From Planctomycetota bacterium (GTDB lineage Bacteria; Planctomycetota; SZUA-567; H5-PLA8): a stretch of 64,000 nt of DNA. Below are positions 56,118 through 64,000 of this stretch, piece by piece (within the stretch, counting starts at the first letter, position 1; each line of letters starts with the position of its first letter). Made by a program: the position numbers and the translations under genes. A model generated the notes under the pieces. It was not told the DNA's origin and did not search any database. It saw only the letters and a list, made by a program, of their open reading frames with translations. Where the stretch lies: positions 240,169 to 304,168 of the forward strand of contig JBBRPR010000002.1 in NCBI GenBank assembly GCA_038227875.1, read 5' to 3'.

Positions 56118-56981
56118 TCAGCCGCGCTTGGCGTGCAGTTCTCGCAGGCTGCTGATCGAGCGACGACCGATGAGCCAGGCCAGGGAGGTGAGCAGGAGGG
56201 TGACAACGAGGCGTCCCGTCAGTGAGAATCCGGTGGACGTTTCGACTGGCGTTGCGTTCAGGGTGACGGAGGCAATCGGCGCAACAGGCTCTACTTGGCT
56301 CCGCGCCAGATCCGATGTCGGTTTCGGCTCCGGCGCGGAGAAATTCACGGACTTTTCATTGAGTACTGCCGCCTGCGTTTCAATGACAGGACGACCAGTT
56401 GTGGCGATGGCTTCAAAAAGTTGCATAAATTGATTTTCATTCAGCGCTGAAACGCTGACGCTGCGGTAACCCGTGAGGCTCTGCGCATCACCGACGAAAA
56501 AGTCGAACTTGCCGCCACTGGCGCGATGGACAAGGGGGCGACCGTCATCGCTCAGCGCGAAGTCGATCTCCCCCGCGTCCCCGCCGATCACACGCCAATG
56601 CGGCGTGCGCCCAAACTTGGAAAGCATTACCACCACCCGCGATCCCGGTACCAGATTGGGCTGGCCGGGGACGATCGTCTGCATTCCGCTGCCGCTGCTG
56701 CCACCCAGGTATTCGGCGCGCACAAGATCACCGGTGTCGGTTCCGGATCCCTTGAAGACGTGTTGAATTTTCAGAGTGACAGCCGTCATCGGAACGGCTT
56801 CTCCGCCGGATCCTGCGGCCTGGCGGTCGAGCACTTCGGCTGCAACCACCAGTTCGGCGGACTTGAACAGATCTGCGAGGTCTTCCGTCAGGCGCGAGGC
56901 CGCGTTAGTGGGGGCGTCGTGCCAGACAGTGACGGTCAGCAGCGCGATGAGAGTGAGGGCAATCAGGGTGAGTCTTTTCAT
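56118..56981 (-). CDS. Hypothetical exported protein with C-terminal membrane anchor
   Basis: N-terminal signal, Pro-rich linker, C-terminal TM helix followed by RR. Confidence 0.72.
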   Translation of the reverse strand: MKRLTLIALTLIALLTVTVWHDAPTNAASRLTEDLADLFKSAELVVAAEVLDRQAAGSGGEAVPMTAVTLKIQHVFKGSGTDTGDLVRAEYLGGSSGSGMQTIVPGQPNLVPGSRVVVMLSKFGRTPHWRVIGGDAGEIDFALSDDGRPLVHRASGGKFDFFVGDAQSLTGYRSVSVSALNENQFMQLFEAIATTGRPVIETQAAVLNEKSVNFSAPEPKPTSDLARSQVEPVAPIASVTLNATPVETSTGFSLTGRLVVTLLLTSLAWLIGRRSISSLRELHAKRG

Positions 56982-57197
56982 CGCGATCTCCGTTCTTACG
57001 GAGCTCTTAAATGCACGTGGCTGGCCGAACGGAGGTAATTGAGAATAAAATTATAAAGTCAATAATATACAATTCTTACAAGATTGATTTTGAAATTTGC
57101 ACAATGTGACAACTGTTTGGAATTCTGGACAGTGTCCGAGGACTCGGTTGGACAGTCCTCGGTCGTTTGCAGACTTTGCCAGCGGGAATTACAGCTT

Positions 57198-58991
57198 TTA
57201 CATTTTATTGTACCGCGGTCCACCGCCTCCTTCGGGGACTGTCCACGTGATGTTCTCGTACGGGTCTTTAATGTCGCAGGTCTTGCAGTGCACGCAGTTG
57301 CCGGGGTTGATCATCAGGTGGCCCTTGTCGGGGATGCCGATGTCGGCGACTTTCGTGGGCTGAATCCATTCGTAGACGCCAGCCGGACAGAAGTGCTGAC
57401 AGGGGTTTCCGAACTCCTCCGTGCAGCGCTGGACGCACAGATCAAGGTCCGGGACCTTCAGATGGCAGGGCTGGTCCTCGGCGTGATTGGTGCCGGAGTT
57501 GAAGATGTCCGTGACCTTGTCGAAGGTCAGCTTGCCGTCGGGCATGTAGCGCGTCAGGCCCTGGAAGTCCGGGTGATGGACGCCGAAGCGTTCGGTCAGT
57601 TCGAAGTCCGCCTTGATGCGCAAGGGATCGGAGAAGCCCTTGCCCTTGGTCAGCCGCTGCGCCATGTCGTTGACCGCGCCGCTGGCCAGGCCTTCGGCAT
57701 AGCCCTGGCGCCAATTGCGATACTGGTAGAGTTCGTCCTTGGCTGTGCTGGTCTGGAAGTAGTCCTCGTAGCGGCCGAGCTGCCGGGCGCTGAAGTCTTT
57801 CTTTTCCAGCGCTTCGAGAATCGCTTTCGCGGCGAGCATGCCGGACTTGAAGGCCAGATGCACGCCCTTCAACCGCGCGGCGTTGAGGAAGCTGGCGCTC
57901 TCGCCGACGATGCAGAATCCATCGCCGTAGAACCGCGGCATGGAGTAGTAGCCGCCTTCCGCGATCGCCTTCGCGCCGTAGCTGACCAGCTTGCCTTTTT
58001 CGAGGAGCTTGCGCATGTACGGATGCGTCTTGAAGCGGTTGAATTCGTACTGCGGGTCGATGTACGGATCTTTGTAGTCGAGTCCCACCACCAGGCCGAT
58101 TGAGATGTGCGTGGGGTCGACGCCGTAGATCCAGCTGCCGCCGAAACTGCTGGTCGCCGTCAGGCCCACGCCGATGGGCGTATGCATGACGCCGAGGTCC
58201 TTCTCCTGAAGGTAGTAGCCTTCGAGCGGGCCCTTTTGCAGCGGGAAGCCGAGCGTGTGGATTACTTTTCCGGCCGGGAAGGCGCCTTCGGGAATCTCCC
58301 AGATTTCCTTCACGCCCAGCGCGTAGATCTGAGGGTTGCGGTCGTTGTCGAGGTTGGCGTACTTGGTGAGCTGCTTGGTGAGGCTGCCGCGGACGCCTTC
58401 GGCCAGCACCGTGACCTTGGCTCGAATTTCCGCGCCGGCCTGGAAGTTGGACTTGTTCTTGCCGTCCTTGCCGACGCCCGTGTCGCCGCAGCGCACGCCG
58501 AGGATCTGCTGACCGGCGGTGACGAATTCCGCGCCGGGGACGCCTTCGAGAATTTCGATGCCGCGCTTCTTGGCCTGTTCGGCCAGCCAGATCGTCAGTT
58601 CGCCCAGCGAGATGATGTAGTTGCCCTTGTTGTGAAGGTAGGGCGGGATCAGCGGCGAGGGCAGGTGAATCGCGCGCTTGGGGGTCAGCATCAGGATTTC
58701 TTCTTCGTGAACCTTCTGATGGACCGGCGCGCCCTGCTGCTTCCAGTCGGGGATCAGTTCGTCGAGACCGCTGGGGTCCATCACCGCGCCGGAGAGGATG
58801 TGCGCGCCGACGCTGACGCCTTTCTCGATCACGTAGATCACCGGCTTGTCGAACTTGCGTTCGGGGTGCAGGTTGTTGTGCTGGACGCACGCGTCGTGGA
58901 GATGAATGGCGCACGCCAGGCCCGCGGGGCCGGCGCCGACGATCAGCACATCTGTTTCGAGCACTTCGCGATCAGGCATGGTTGGTTGCAT
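57198..58991 (-). CDS. Electron transfer flavoprotein-quinone oxidoreductase
   Basis: 'DVLIVGAGPAGL', 'HILSGAV', 'LGVKEIW', 'HAEDQPCHL', 4Fe-4S 'FCPAGVYE', 'NCVHCKTCDIKDP', 'WTVPEGGGGP'; start 58991 or 58979. Confidence 0.95.
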   Translation of the reverse strand: MQPTMPDREVLETDVLIVGAGPAGLACAIHLHDACVQHNNLHPERKFDKPVIYVIEKGVSVGAHILSGAVMDPSGLDELIPDWKQQGAPVHQKVHEEEILMLTPKRAIHLPSPLIPPYLHNKGNYIISLGELTIWLAEQAKKRGIEILEGVPGAEFVTAGQQILGVRCGDTGVGKDGKNKSNFQAGAEIRAKVTVLAEGVRGSLTKQLTKYANLDNDRNPQIYALGVKEIWEIPEGAFPAGKVIHTLGFPLQKGPLEGYYLQEKDLGVMHTPIGVGLTATSSFGGSWIYGVDPTHISIGLVVGLDYKDPYIDPQYEFNRFKTHPYMRKLLEKGKLVSYGAKAIAEGGYYSMPRFYGDGFCIVGESASFLNAARLKGVHLAFKSGMLAAKAILEALEKKDFSARQLGRYEDYFQTSTAKDELYQYRNWRQGYAEGLASGAVNDMAQRLTKGKGFSDPLRIKADFELTERFGVHHPDFQGLTRYMPDGKLTFDKVTDIFNSGTNHAEDQPCHLKVPDLDLCVQRCTEEFGNPCQHFCPAGVYEWIQPTKVADIGIPDKGHLMINPGNCVHCKTCDIKDPYENITWTVPEGGGGPRYNKM

Positions 58992-59097
58992 CCGACGGTT
59001 CGGGTTGCGCTTGGGTACCAGTACGGTTTTGCATTTTACAGCCGCCTAGCGTACGGTTTTCCAAGTCCATTTTCCATTCGCGATTCAGGAGAGCTTC

Positions 59098-59634
59098 ATG
59101 GCCCGTTCCCCGTTCAAAATTCTGAAGGAAAAGTCGGTCCTGCGCAGCCGCGTATTTGAAGTCCGCCATCAGACGTGGCGCGGGCCGGAGAACAGCTCGT
59201 TTGAGCGGCATACCATTTATCATCCGGGCGCCGTGGCGATTCTGCCGTTCGACGCTGACGGCAACGTGCTGCTGATCCGCCAGTTCCGCCCGGCCGTCAA
59301 CGATTTCCTGCTCGAGATCCCCGCCGGAACGCTGGAGAAGGGCGAAGCGCCGCTCTTTTGCGCCAAGCGGGAGTTGATCGAGGAGACCGGATTCGCCGCC
59401 AAGCGCTGGAAGAAGCTGGGCGCGGTCTTTGCGGCTCCGGGGTTTTGCAATGAGTTGATTCATCTGTTTAAGGCCTGGGATTTGAAGGCGGACTACGCGG
59501 AACAGGACGAGGACGAGCATATTGAACTGGCGCGGATGAGCGTGGGGGCAGTACGCAAGGCGGTGAAGTCGGGGAAGATTCGGGATGCCAAGACGATGAG
59601 TGCGCTGCTGTGTGCGGAAATTTTACAGCATTGA
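59098..59634 (+). CDS. Nudix hydrolase, ADP-ribose pyrophosphatase-like
   Basis: Nudix box 'GTLEKGEAPLFCAKRELIEETG', 'HPGAV', 'QFRP', 'APGF..E', 'DAKT'. Confidence 0.88.
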   Translation: MARSPFKILKEKSVLRSRVFEVRHQTWRGPENSSFERHTIYHPGAVAILPFDADGNVLLIRQFRPAVNDFLLEIPAGTLEKGEAPLFCAKRELIEETGFAAKRWKKLGAVFAAPGFCNELIHLFKAWDLKADYAEQDEDEHIELARMSVGAVRKAVKSGKIRDAKTMSALLCAEILQH

Positions 59635-59659
59635 TTTCAAGCGCGGAGAGCAGAGTTGT

Positions 59660-59796
59660 GAGCAGCGGCTGTATGCTGCTCCTTGCTGTGACGCTCTCGA
59701 CATTCGCGCAAGCGGATTCGATGTAACACGGCAGGAAGCATATTCACCTTCAGTTGGGATGCGCTGAGCAAGGAGCAAGCATACGGCCGCTTGCTC
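59660..59796. repeat. Long inverted repeat element between convergent genes
   Basis: GAGCAGCGGCTGTATGCTGCTCCTTGCT (59660-59687) pairs with AGCAAGGAGCAAGCATACGGCCGCTTGCTC (59767-59796). Confidence 0.7.
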
Positions 59797-59861
59797 CTTG
59801 ACACCATTTTGCAAGCCGTCATTCATCATTCACATTTCATTCATATTAGTTTACGTCCTCC

Positions 59862-61994
59862 TTATTCATACGAGAGCACCACGGCTTCGTTCATTTTCCA
59901 TTCGACCTGGATTTCCTTGCCGGCGCCGAGGTCCTTGCCGGTACGTTCGTCTTTACAGTTTTTCACCGGAGTGGCGAATTCCAGGGTGACGGGGAGTTTC
60001 TCGGTCTTCAGGCCTTTGGAGTTGCCGCCGCCTTCCGACGAGTGCGAGGTTTCGGCGTTGCTGAGCAGGAACAGCAACGTGCGGCCGTCTTTTTTCCACT
60101 GAATGATTTCGTAGCCGAATTCCTTCTCGCCGGCGTTTTTGATGCGGACCGGGGATTTGATTCCGGCATCGGCGATGTGCTTCATGAAGATGCTGCGCTT
60201 GCCGGCGTCGGCGAAACCGTGCGGACGGTACGCGTCGTACCACTGGGGCGAGAGATTCATCAGCACGGCAGTGCCTTTGCCGAATTTGTTGACGTGGTTG
60301 ACGTCCATCTTGCGCACGGCTTTGTTGAAGCCCGAGGCGTCCTTGATGCAGGTGTTTCCGTTGGTGAGGAGTACTTCCGCCGGCTTGCCGAAGTTGCTGT
60401 CCTGGTCGGTCTCGGCCCAGAGTACGCCACCGAAGATGTCGGCGGACTTCATCTTCGGGTCGTGCTTGACGCCGAACATGTCGTCGAGCGCGCCGCCTTC
60501 GGCGCGGCCCTTGCCGTGCTGGTCCCACAGGCCGGGGAGGTAGTCGGCGATGACCGTGCCACCGTTGGTGCAGAATTCCTTGATCTTCTTCGCTTCGGCG
60601 TCGGAAAGGCAGAGCGTGTGGGTCAGGATCAGGACCTTGTATTCGGCCGGGATGCCCTTCTCGATCACGTCGGCGTAGCTGACCCAGTTGTAGGCGTAGC
60701 CTTCGTCGCGGAGCATGTTCATCCAGGCTTTGTGGACCAGCAGCGAGCAGGCCAGGCCCGGATCGGCGGCCTTGCGGTTGGGCCAGGTCTTGCGGTGCGC
60801 TTCGGCGTCCATGATCCAGCCCAGCTGCATCGAGGGATGGTTGTAGTAGAGCGCCACGCCATCGTGGCTGCGTTCGGCGCCGTTGAGGAGCGGCGCGATC
60901 TTCTGCGTCAGTTCCTTCCAGGTCGGCGCCATTTCGTCGAGGAATGGCTTGGGCTTGCCGCTCTGCCACCAGTTGTCGTCGACCCAGCAGATCATCGCGT
61001 GCTGGCCGGACGCGACCTGCGACCAGGACTGCCAGATGGTGTCGTTGGTGTTGTTGTAGAACAGCGTGGCCGCGTTGAGGCACATGGGGTTCATGCCGCG
61101 GACGTATTCGTTGGCGCCGTAGGATTCGATGAACTGAATCTTGCGGCAGACTCGCGCGTAGTCGAAGCCGCCGAAGGCATCGGGCAACTGGCCGCCGACA
61201 AAGCCGCAGGGCGTCTCGCCGTCGAGCGTGTTGGCGTATTCGACCAGATCACCGACGAAGTTGTTGAAGTAGGCGTCGTTGAAGGTCCACTGGTCCATCA
61301 GCGGACTGGCGTCGAAACCGGCGATGTCCAGTTCGCGCAGCTTGGGGAAAAAGTCGTTGTAGCTGACCCAGTTGGGGCGCTTGGGCGCCTTGTCCTTGCC
61401 GTAGATTTCTTCGAGCCACTTGGGGTACGCGGCGGCGTCGTCGGTGACGCGCCACATGCAGGGGTTGTTGAAGTGGCCCCATGAAATTTCGTCGTCGAGG
61501 GCGTACGCGCCGCGATTGGGGGAGTCCTTCAGATTGGTGATGGAGCCTTTGACCACGCCCTTGAGCTTGGTCATCATCGCGTCGTTCATGGGCTTGGCGC
61601 GAACGCCGGTGCCAGAGAGTTGCTTGATGTCGCCGTGCCCGCCGTCCCAGATATGCAGGTCGCCCTTGCCGGCGGTGTGGTCGGCGTAGAAGCGGAGTTT
61701 GAATTTGTCGATCCATGCCAGGTAGCCGGTCTCGCCGCGGTTGACGAACGAGCCATTGATACCGTGATCGAGGCACCACTGGCCGGAGGCGTCGTCTTGC
61801 CCGATGGGCCAGGCCGCGTACCAAGGCATGACCGTCCAGCCCGGCAGTGCCTTGGCGAACTTCTTATCCTGCGTGACGCGTTTGAAATCCTTCGAGATCT
61901 TGATGTAGGTGACGTAAGGATCTTCGTCCTCCGCCCACGCGGAAAGCGCGTTGAGGAAGGCGAGTGTGATCAGAAGCAGGCAGCATTGTTTCAT
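59862..61994 (-). CDS. Secreted glycoside hydrolase-like protein with GH42-type trimerisation domain
   Basis: Signal peptide from ATG 61994; 'LDDE', 'VALYY..PS', 'YKVLIL..CLSD.E...I..F..NGGTVIAD..PG'. Confidence 0.7.
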   Translation of the reverse strand: MKQCCLLLITLAFLNALSAWAEDEDPYVTYIKISKDFKRVTQDKKFAKALPGWTVMPWYAAWPIGQDDASGQWCLDHGINGSFVNRGETGYLAWIDKFKLRFYADHTAGKGDLHIWDGGHGDIKQLSGTGVRAKPMNDAMMTKLKGVVKGSITNLKDSPNRGAYALDDEISWGHFNNPCMWRVTDDAAAYPKWLEEIYGKDKAPKRPNWVSYNDFFPKLRELDIAGFDASPLMDQWTFNDAYFNNFVGDLVEYANTLDGETPCGFVGGQLPDAFGGFDYARVCRKIQFIESYGANEYVRGMNPMCLNAATLFYNNTNDTIWQSWSQVASGQHAMICWVDDNWWQSGKPKPFLDEMAPTWKELTQKIAPLLNGAERSHDGVALYYNHPSMQLGWIMDAEAHRKTWPNRKAADPGLACSLLVHKAWMNMLRDEGYAYNWVSYADVIEKGIPAEYKVLILTHTLCLSDAEAKKIKEFCTNGGTVIADYLPGLWDQHGKGRAEGGALDDMFGVKHDPKMKSADIFGGVLWAETDQDSNFGKPAEVLLTNGNTCIKDASGFNKAVRKMDVNHVNKFGKGTAVLMNLSPQWYDAYRPHGFADAGKRSIFMKHIADAGIKSPVRIKNAGEKEFGYEIIQWKKDGRTLLFLLSNAETSHSSEGGGNSKGLKTEKLPVTLEFATPVKNCKDERTGKDLGAGKEIQVEWKMNEAVVLSYE

Positions 61995-62348
61995 GGAAAG
62001 GATGCTCCAAAAGGTTGGTCTGGTCCAATACACCGGTGCGATTACGTGTGTCGAACTAAGTACATCAATATGGGAAAAATTGTTGTCAGGGGTTGGCAGG
62101 GCGCGAGGTGGAGCGGGAGTTGGGATTCTGTCGCGCTGCAAGGTGCAATGTTACGGAATGTTACAAAATGTTACGCGGTTGGGGGCTCCTTTCTAGGTGC
62201 ACGGTGTGTGCGAGTGGTTGTGATAGTTGGCGTTGGGGGGTGCCGCATCTCTAGACTCCGATAGGTCTGTCCGGCTAAAAAGTGGTCGGTAACTGCGACG
62301 CGAATTAAGAGAAGTGTGCGTGTTCGGCTTGAAACGAGAGCATGGCAT

Positions 62349-62819
62349 ATTTTCCTATAGTATAAAGCAACTCTCGAACCTAAAAGTCAAGTACTATTCC
62401 TAAATTTAGTTAAATAGATTTTATAATACATATTGTGCAGCAGTGCACGGGGTGGGGGCTCCTTTCTCGTGTTCTGCGGGGCTGTGGCGCGTTCTGGCTT
62501 TTAGATGGCACTCGGATCGGGTTGAGGTTGCGGAGGTGCGCAGAGGCTGCTGTGGCGCGAATGCGGGCCAAACCTGAAGCCTGGGTGCGTTGAGGATTTC
62601 GCTCTTTCAGAGCTCTGCGAATCTCCCGGGGGCTGTTCCAGGAGCGTTGCCCCTGGCTTTCACATGATGCCCCTTTGGGGCTGCGGAGTATTCGGCGCGG
62701 GTCTTTGATTTTCCTATTATAACTAAGCGGTCGAGAAACGCAAAAATCAAGTGTTTTCTTTAAATTTATTTAAAAAGATTTTATAATACGTGATGTGCAG
62801 CAGGTGCACAGGGTGGGGG
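62349..62819. repeat. Imperfect ~110-bp AT-rich direct repeat, two copies
   Basis: 62349-62458 and 62708-62819 share ATTTTCCTAT..TCAAGT..TAAATTTA.TTAAA.AGATTTTATAATAC..TGTGCAGCAG.TGCAC.GGGTGGGGG. Confidence 0.75.
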
Positions 62820-62901
62820 TGTGGGCAGGGGGGTGGTTTTCTCGCGCAAAGGCTCTCGGGAACGGTTGGTGAAGCGACCGTTCGGTCTGTAAAATGTCCC
62901 G

Positions 62902-63321
62902 ATGGCTCGCACACGGCGCTGGTATCGGCTTCACCTGAGCACTGCTCTACTCTTGCTGCTCGTCAGTGGCGGCATCTTGGGGTTGAATCTGCGTGAACAT
63001 GTCGAGCCGATGATGACGGCGTGCAGCGAACCCGAAGTGGTTGATTTGCAGCGCGCCAGAGCTTTCAACGCGAAGTATCCCGAAGCCGAACTGGAAGGCG
63101 AGCAGACGACATCGTTCGGCTGGCCGTTTCATTTCATCTCTGTGATGCGCTGGTATCACGCCGGCGAAACGTCGTGGACGTTTCACAACGAGGTTTGGAT
63201 TTGGTACGAATATGAAAGGAAGTACCTGGTTGAAGATGCTGCGGTGTGGGTTGTGCTGCTTATTGGGCTGGCGGTGGGTGCGGAGGTGATCACGTGGAGC
63301 AAGTCGCGTGTTCGGGCTTGA
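62902..63321 (+). CDS. Small two-TM hypothetical protein
   Basis: 'RRWYRLHLSTALLLLL' N-terminus, 'FGWPF', C-terminal TM helix. Confidence 0.7.
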   Translation: MARTRRWYRLHLSTALLLLLVSGGILGLNLREHVEPMMTACSEPEVVDLQRARAFNAKYPEAELEGEQTTSFGWPFHFISVMRWYHAGETSWTFHNEVWIWYEYERKYLVEDAAVWVVLLIGLAVGAEVITWSKSRVRA

Positions 63322-63496
63322 ATTGTCGCTACTGTGTACTGGTAGATAGTGAATGGATCTGACGCGGAGCTTAGTCGGGGGGCGGCCTGAACGGCGAGCC
63401 CCCCGGACCAGAATTCCCTTATGTATTCAGCGCCCTGACAGGCCGCCTGAAAAATAATGTCTTGGAAAATTGACGAGTGGAACGCGCGTTATTCCA

Positions 63497-63856
63497 GCAC
63501 CCCTTCAGGGTGCGATTGCCTATGGGAATCGGGTCCGGGGGCTCGGCCTTCCAGGCCGGCCCCCGGCTAAGCTCCGCTGTCCCTGCGGGACAAGAAACGA
63601 TTTGCAGAGATGTTGGTAAAGACAAGATTTACTCGCGCGCGAGGGCTGAAGCCGCAACCCCTTCAGGGTTGCTCGGCGCGTTGGGGAATGTGTACCCAGG
63701 GTAGCGCTGCGGCGCAACCCTGGGCTTTGTGGCCGTTAGCCCGTTGGGCTAAGTGGCGTGCGCTGCGCTCGGCGCGGGTAAGCAACTGCCGGAAAGCCGG
63801 CTGAAGCCGGCTGGTTGGAGCGCTTAATGGTTGGGCCCACCACTTAAAAGTGGTGG
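63497..63856. repeat. Cluster of REP-like multi-hairpin elements
   Basis: CCCTTCAGGG hairpins at 63497-63513 and 63654-63672, GC hairpins 63535-63566 and 63695-63724, AGCCGGCTGAAGCCGGCT, CCACCACTTAAAAGTGGTGG. Confidence 0.6.
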
Positions 63857-63870
63857 CAAGCAACGGCTTG

Positions 63871-64000
63871 AACTGCAACTGCAACTGCAACTGCAACTGC
63901 AACTGCAACTGCAACTGCAACTGCAACTGCAACTGCAACTGCAACTGCAACTGCAACTGCAACTGCAACTGCAACTGCAACTGCAACTGCAACTGCAACT
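63871..64000 (+). repeat. Perfect hexanucleotide microsatellite (AACTGC)n, at least 21 units, running off the window
   Basis: Direct reading of the sequence. Confidence 0.97.

Noticed and set aside
56118..56981. Third arrest-peptide leader, upstream of tatA
   Set aside because: Looks like an ordinary folded exported protein with a C-terminal anchor; no RAPP/RAGP-like motif
62349..63870. CRISPR array or integron cassette array
   Set aside because: No regularly spaced identical repeats, no attC core pairs recognised, no cas or integrase gene
63663..63998. Poly-(QL) ORF
   Set aside because: Translation of the microsatellite and REP-like DNA; no evidence of coding

Overview
High-GC bacterial chromosomal window, probably Planctomycetota (inferred from protein styles only). 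Left to right: start of a gene running off the left edge; a GntR/LacI-type regulator, PhyH dioxygenase and acetyltransferase (-); a five-gene peptide-ligation cluster (transglutaminase/DUF2126, CP-ATP-grasp+alpha-E, transglutaminase, CP-ATP-grasp, alpha-E); a 2488-aa alpha-2-macroglobulin-like protein; a catabolic block (TIM-barrel epimerase, enolase-family dehydratase, split transketolase, SDR, PhyH, FadR, AraC, two FAD oxidoreductases); secA; M16 peptidase; nfo; rpsB-tsf-pyrH-frr-tgt-yajC-secDF; a PP2C / kinase / nicotinamidase-like / vWA operon; tatA-like; ETF-QO; Nudix hydrolase; a GH42-like protein; then an AT-rich, repeat-dense tail ending in (AACTGC)n. Two candidates stand out. (1) A TerY-P-like phosphorylation triad containing a nicotinamidase-like gene, preceded by two tandem 21-bp GT-N7-AC palindromes of NrtR (ADP-ribose sensor) type. 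(2) Two signal-peptide-bearing leader ORFs, one before secDF ending in RAPP and one before secA ending in HAAP-stop, which look like secretion-monitoring ribosome arrest peptides. No tRNA, rRNA, CRISPR array or intact transposase was recognised. All calls come from reading motifs by eye; no database searches were run.
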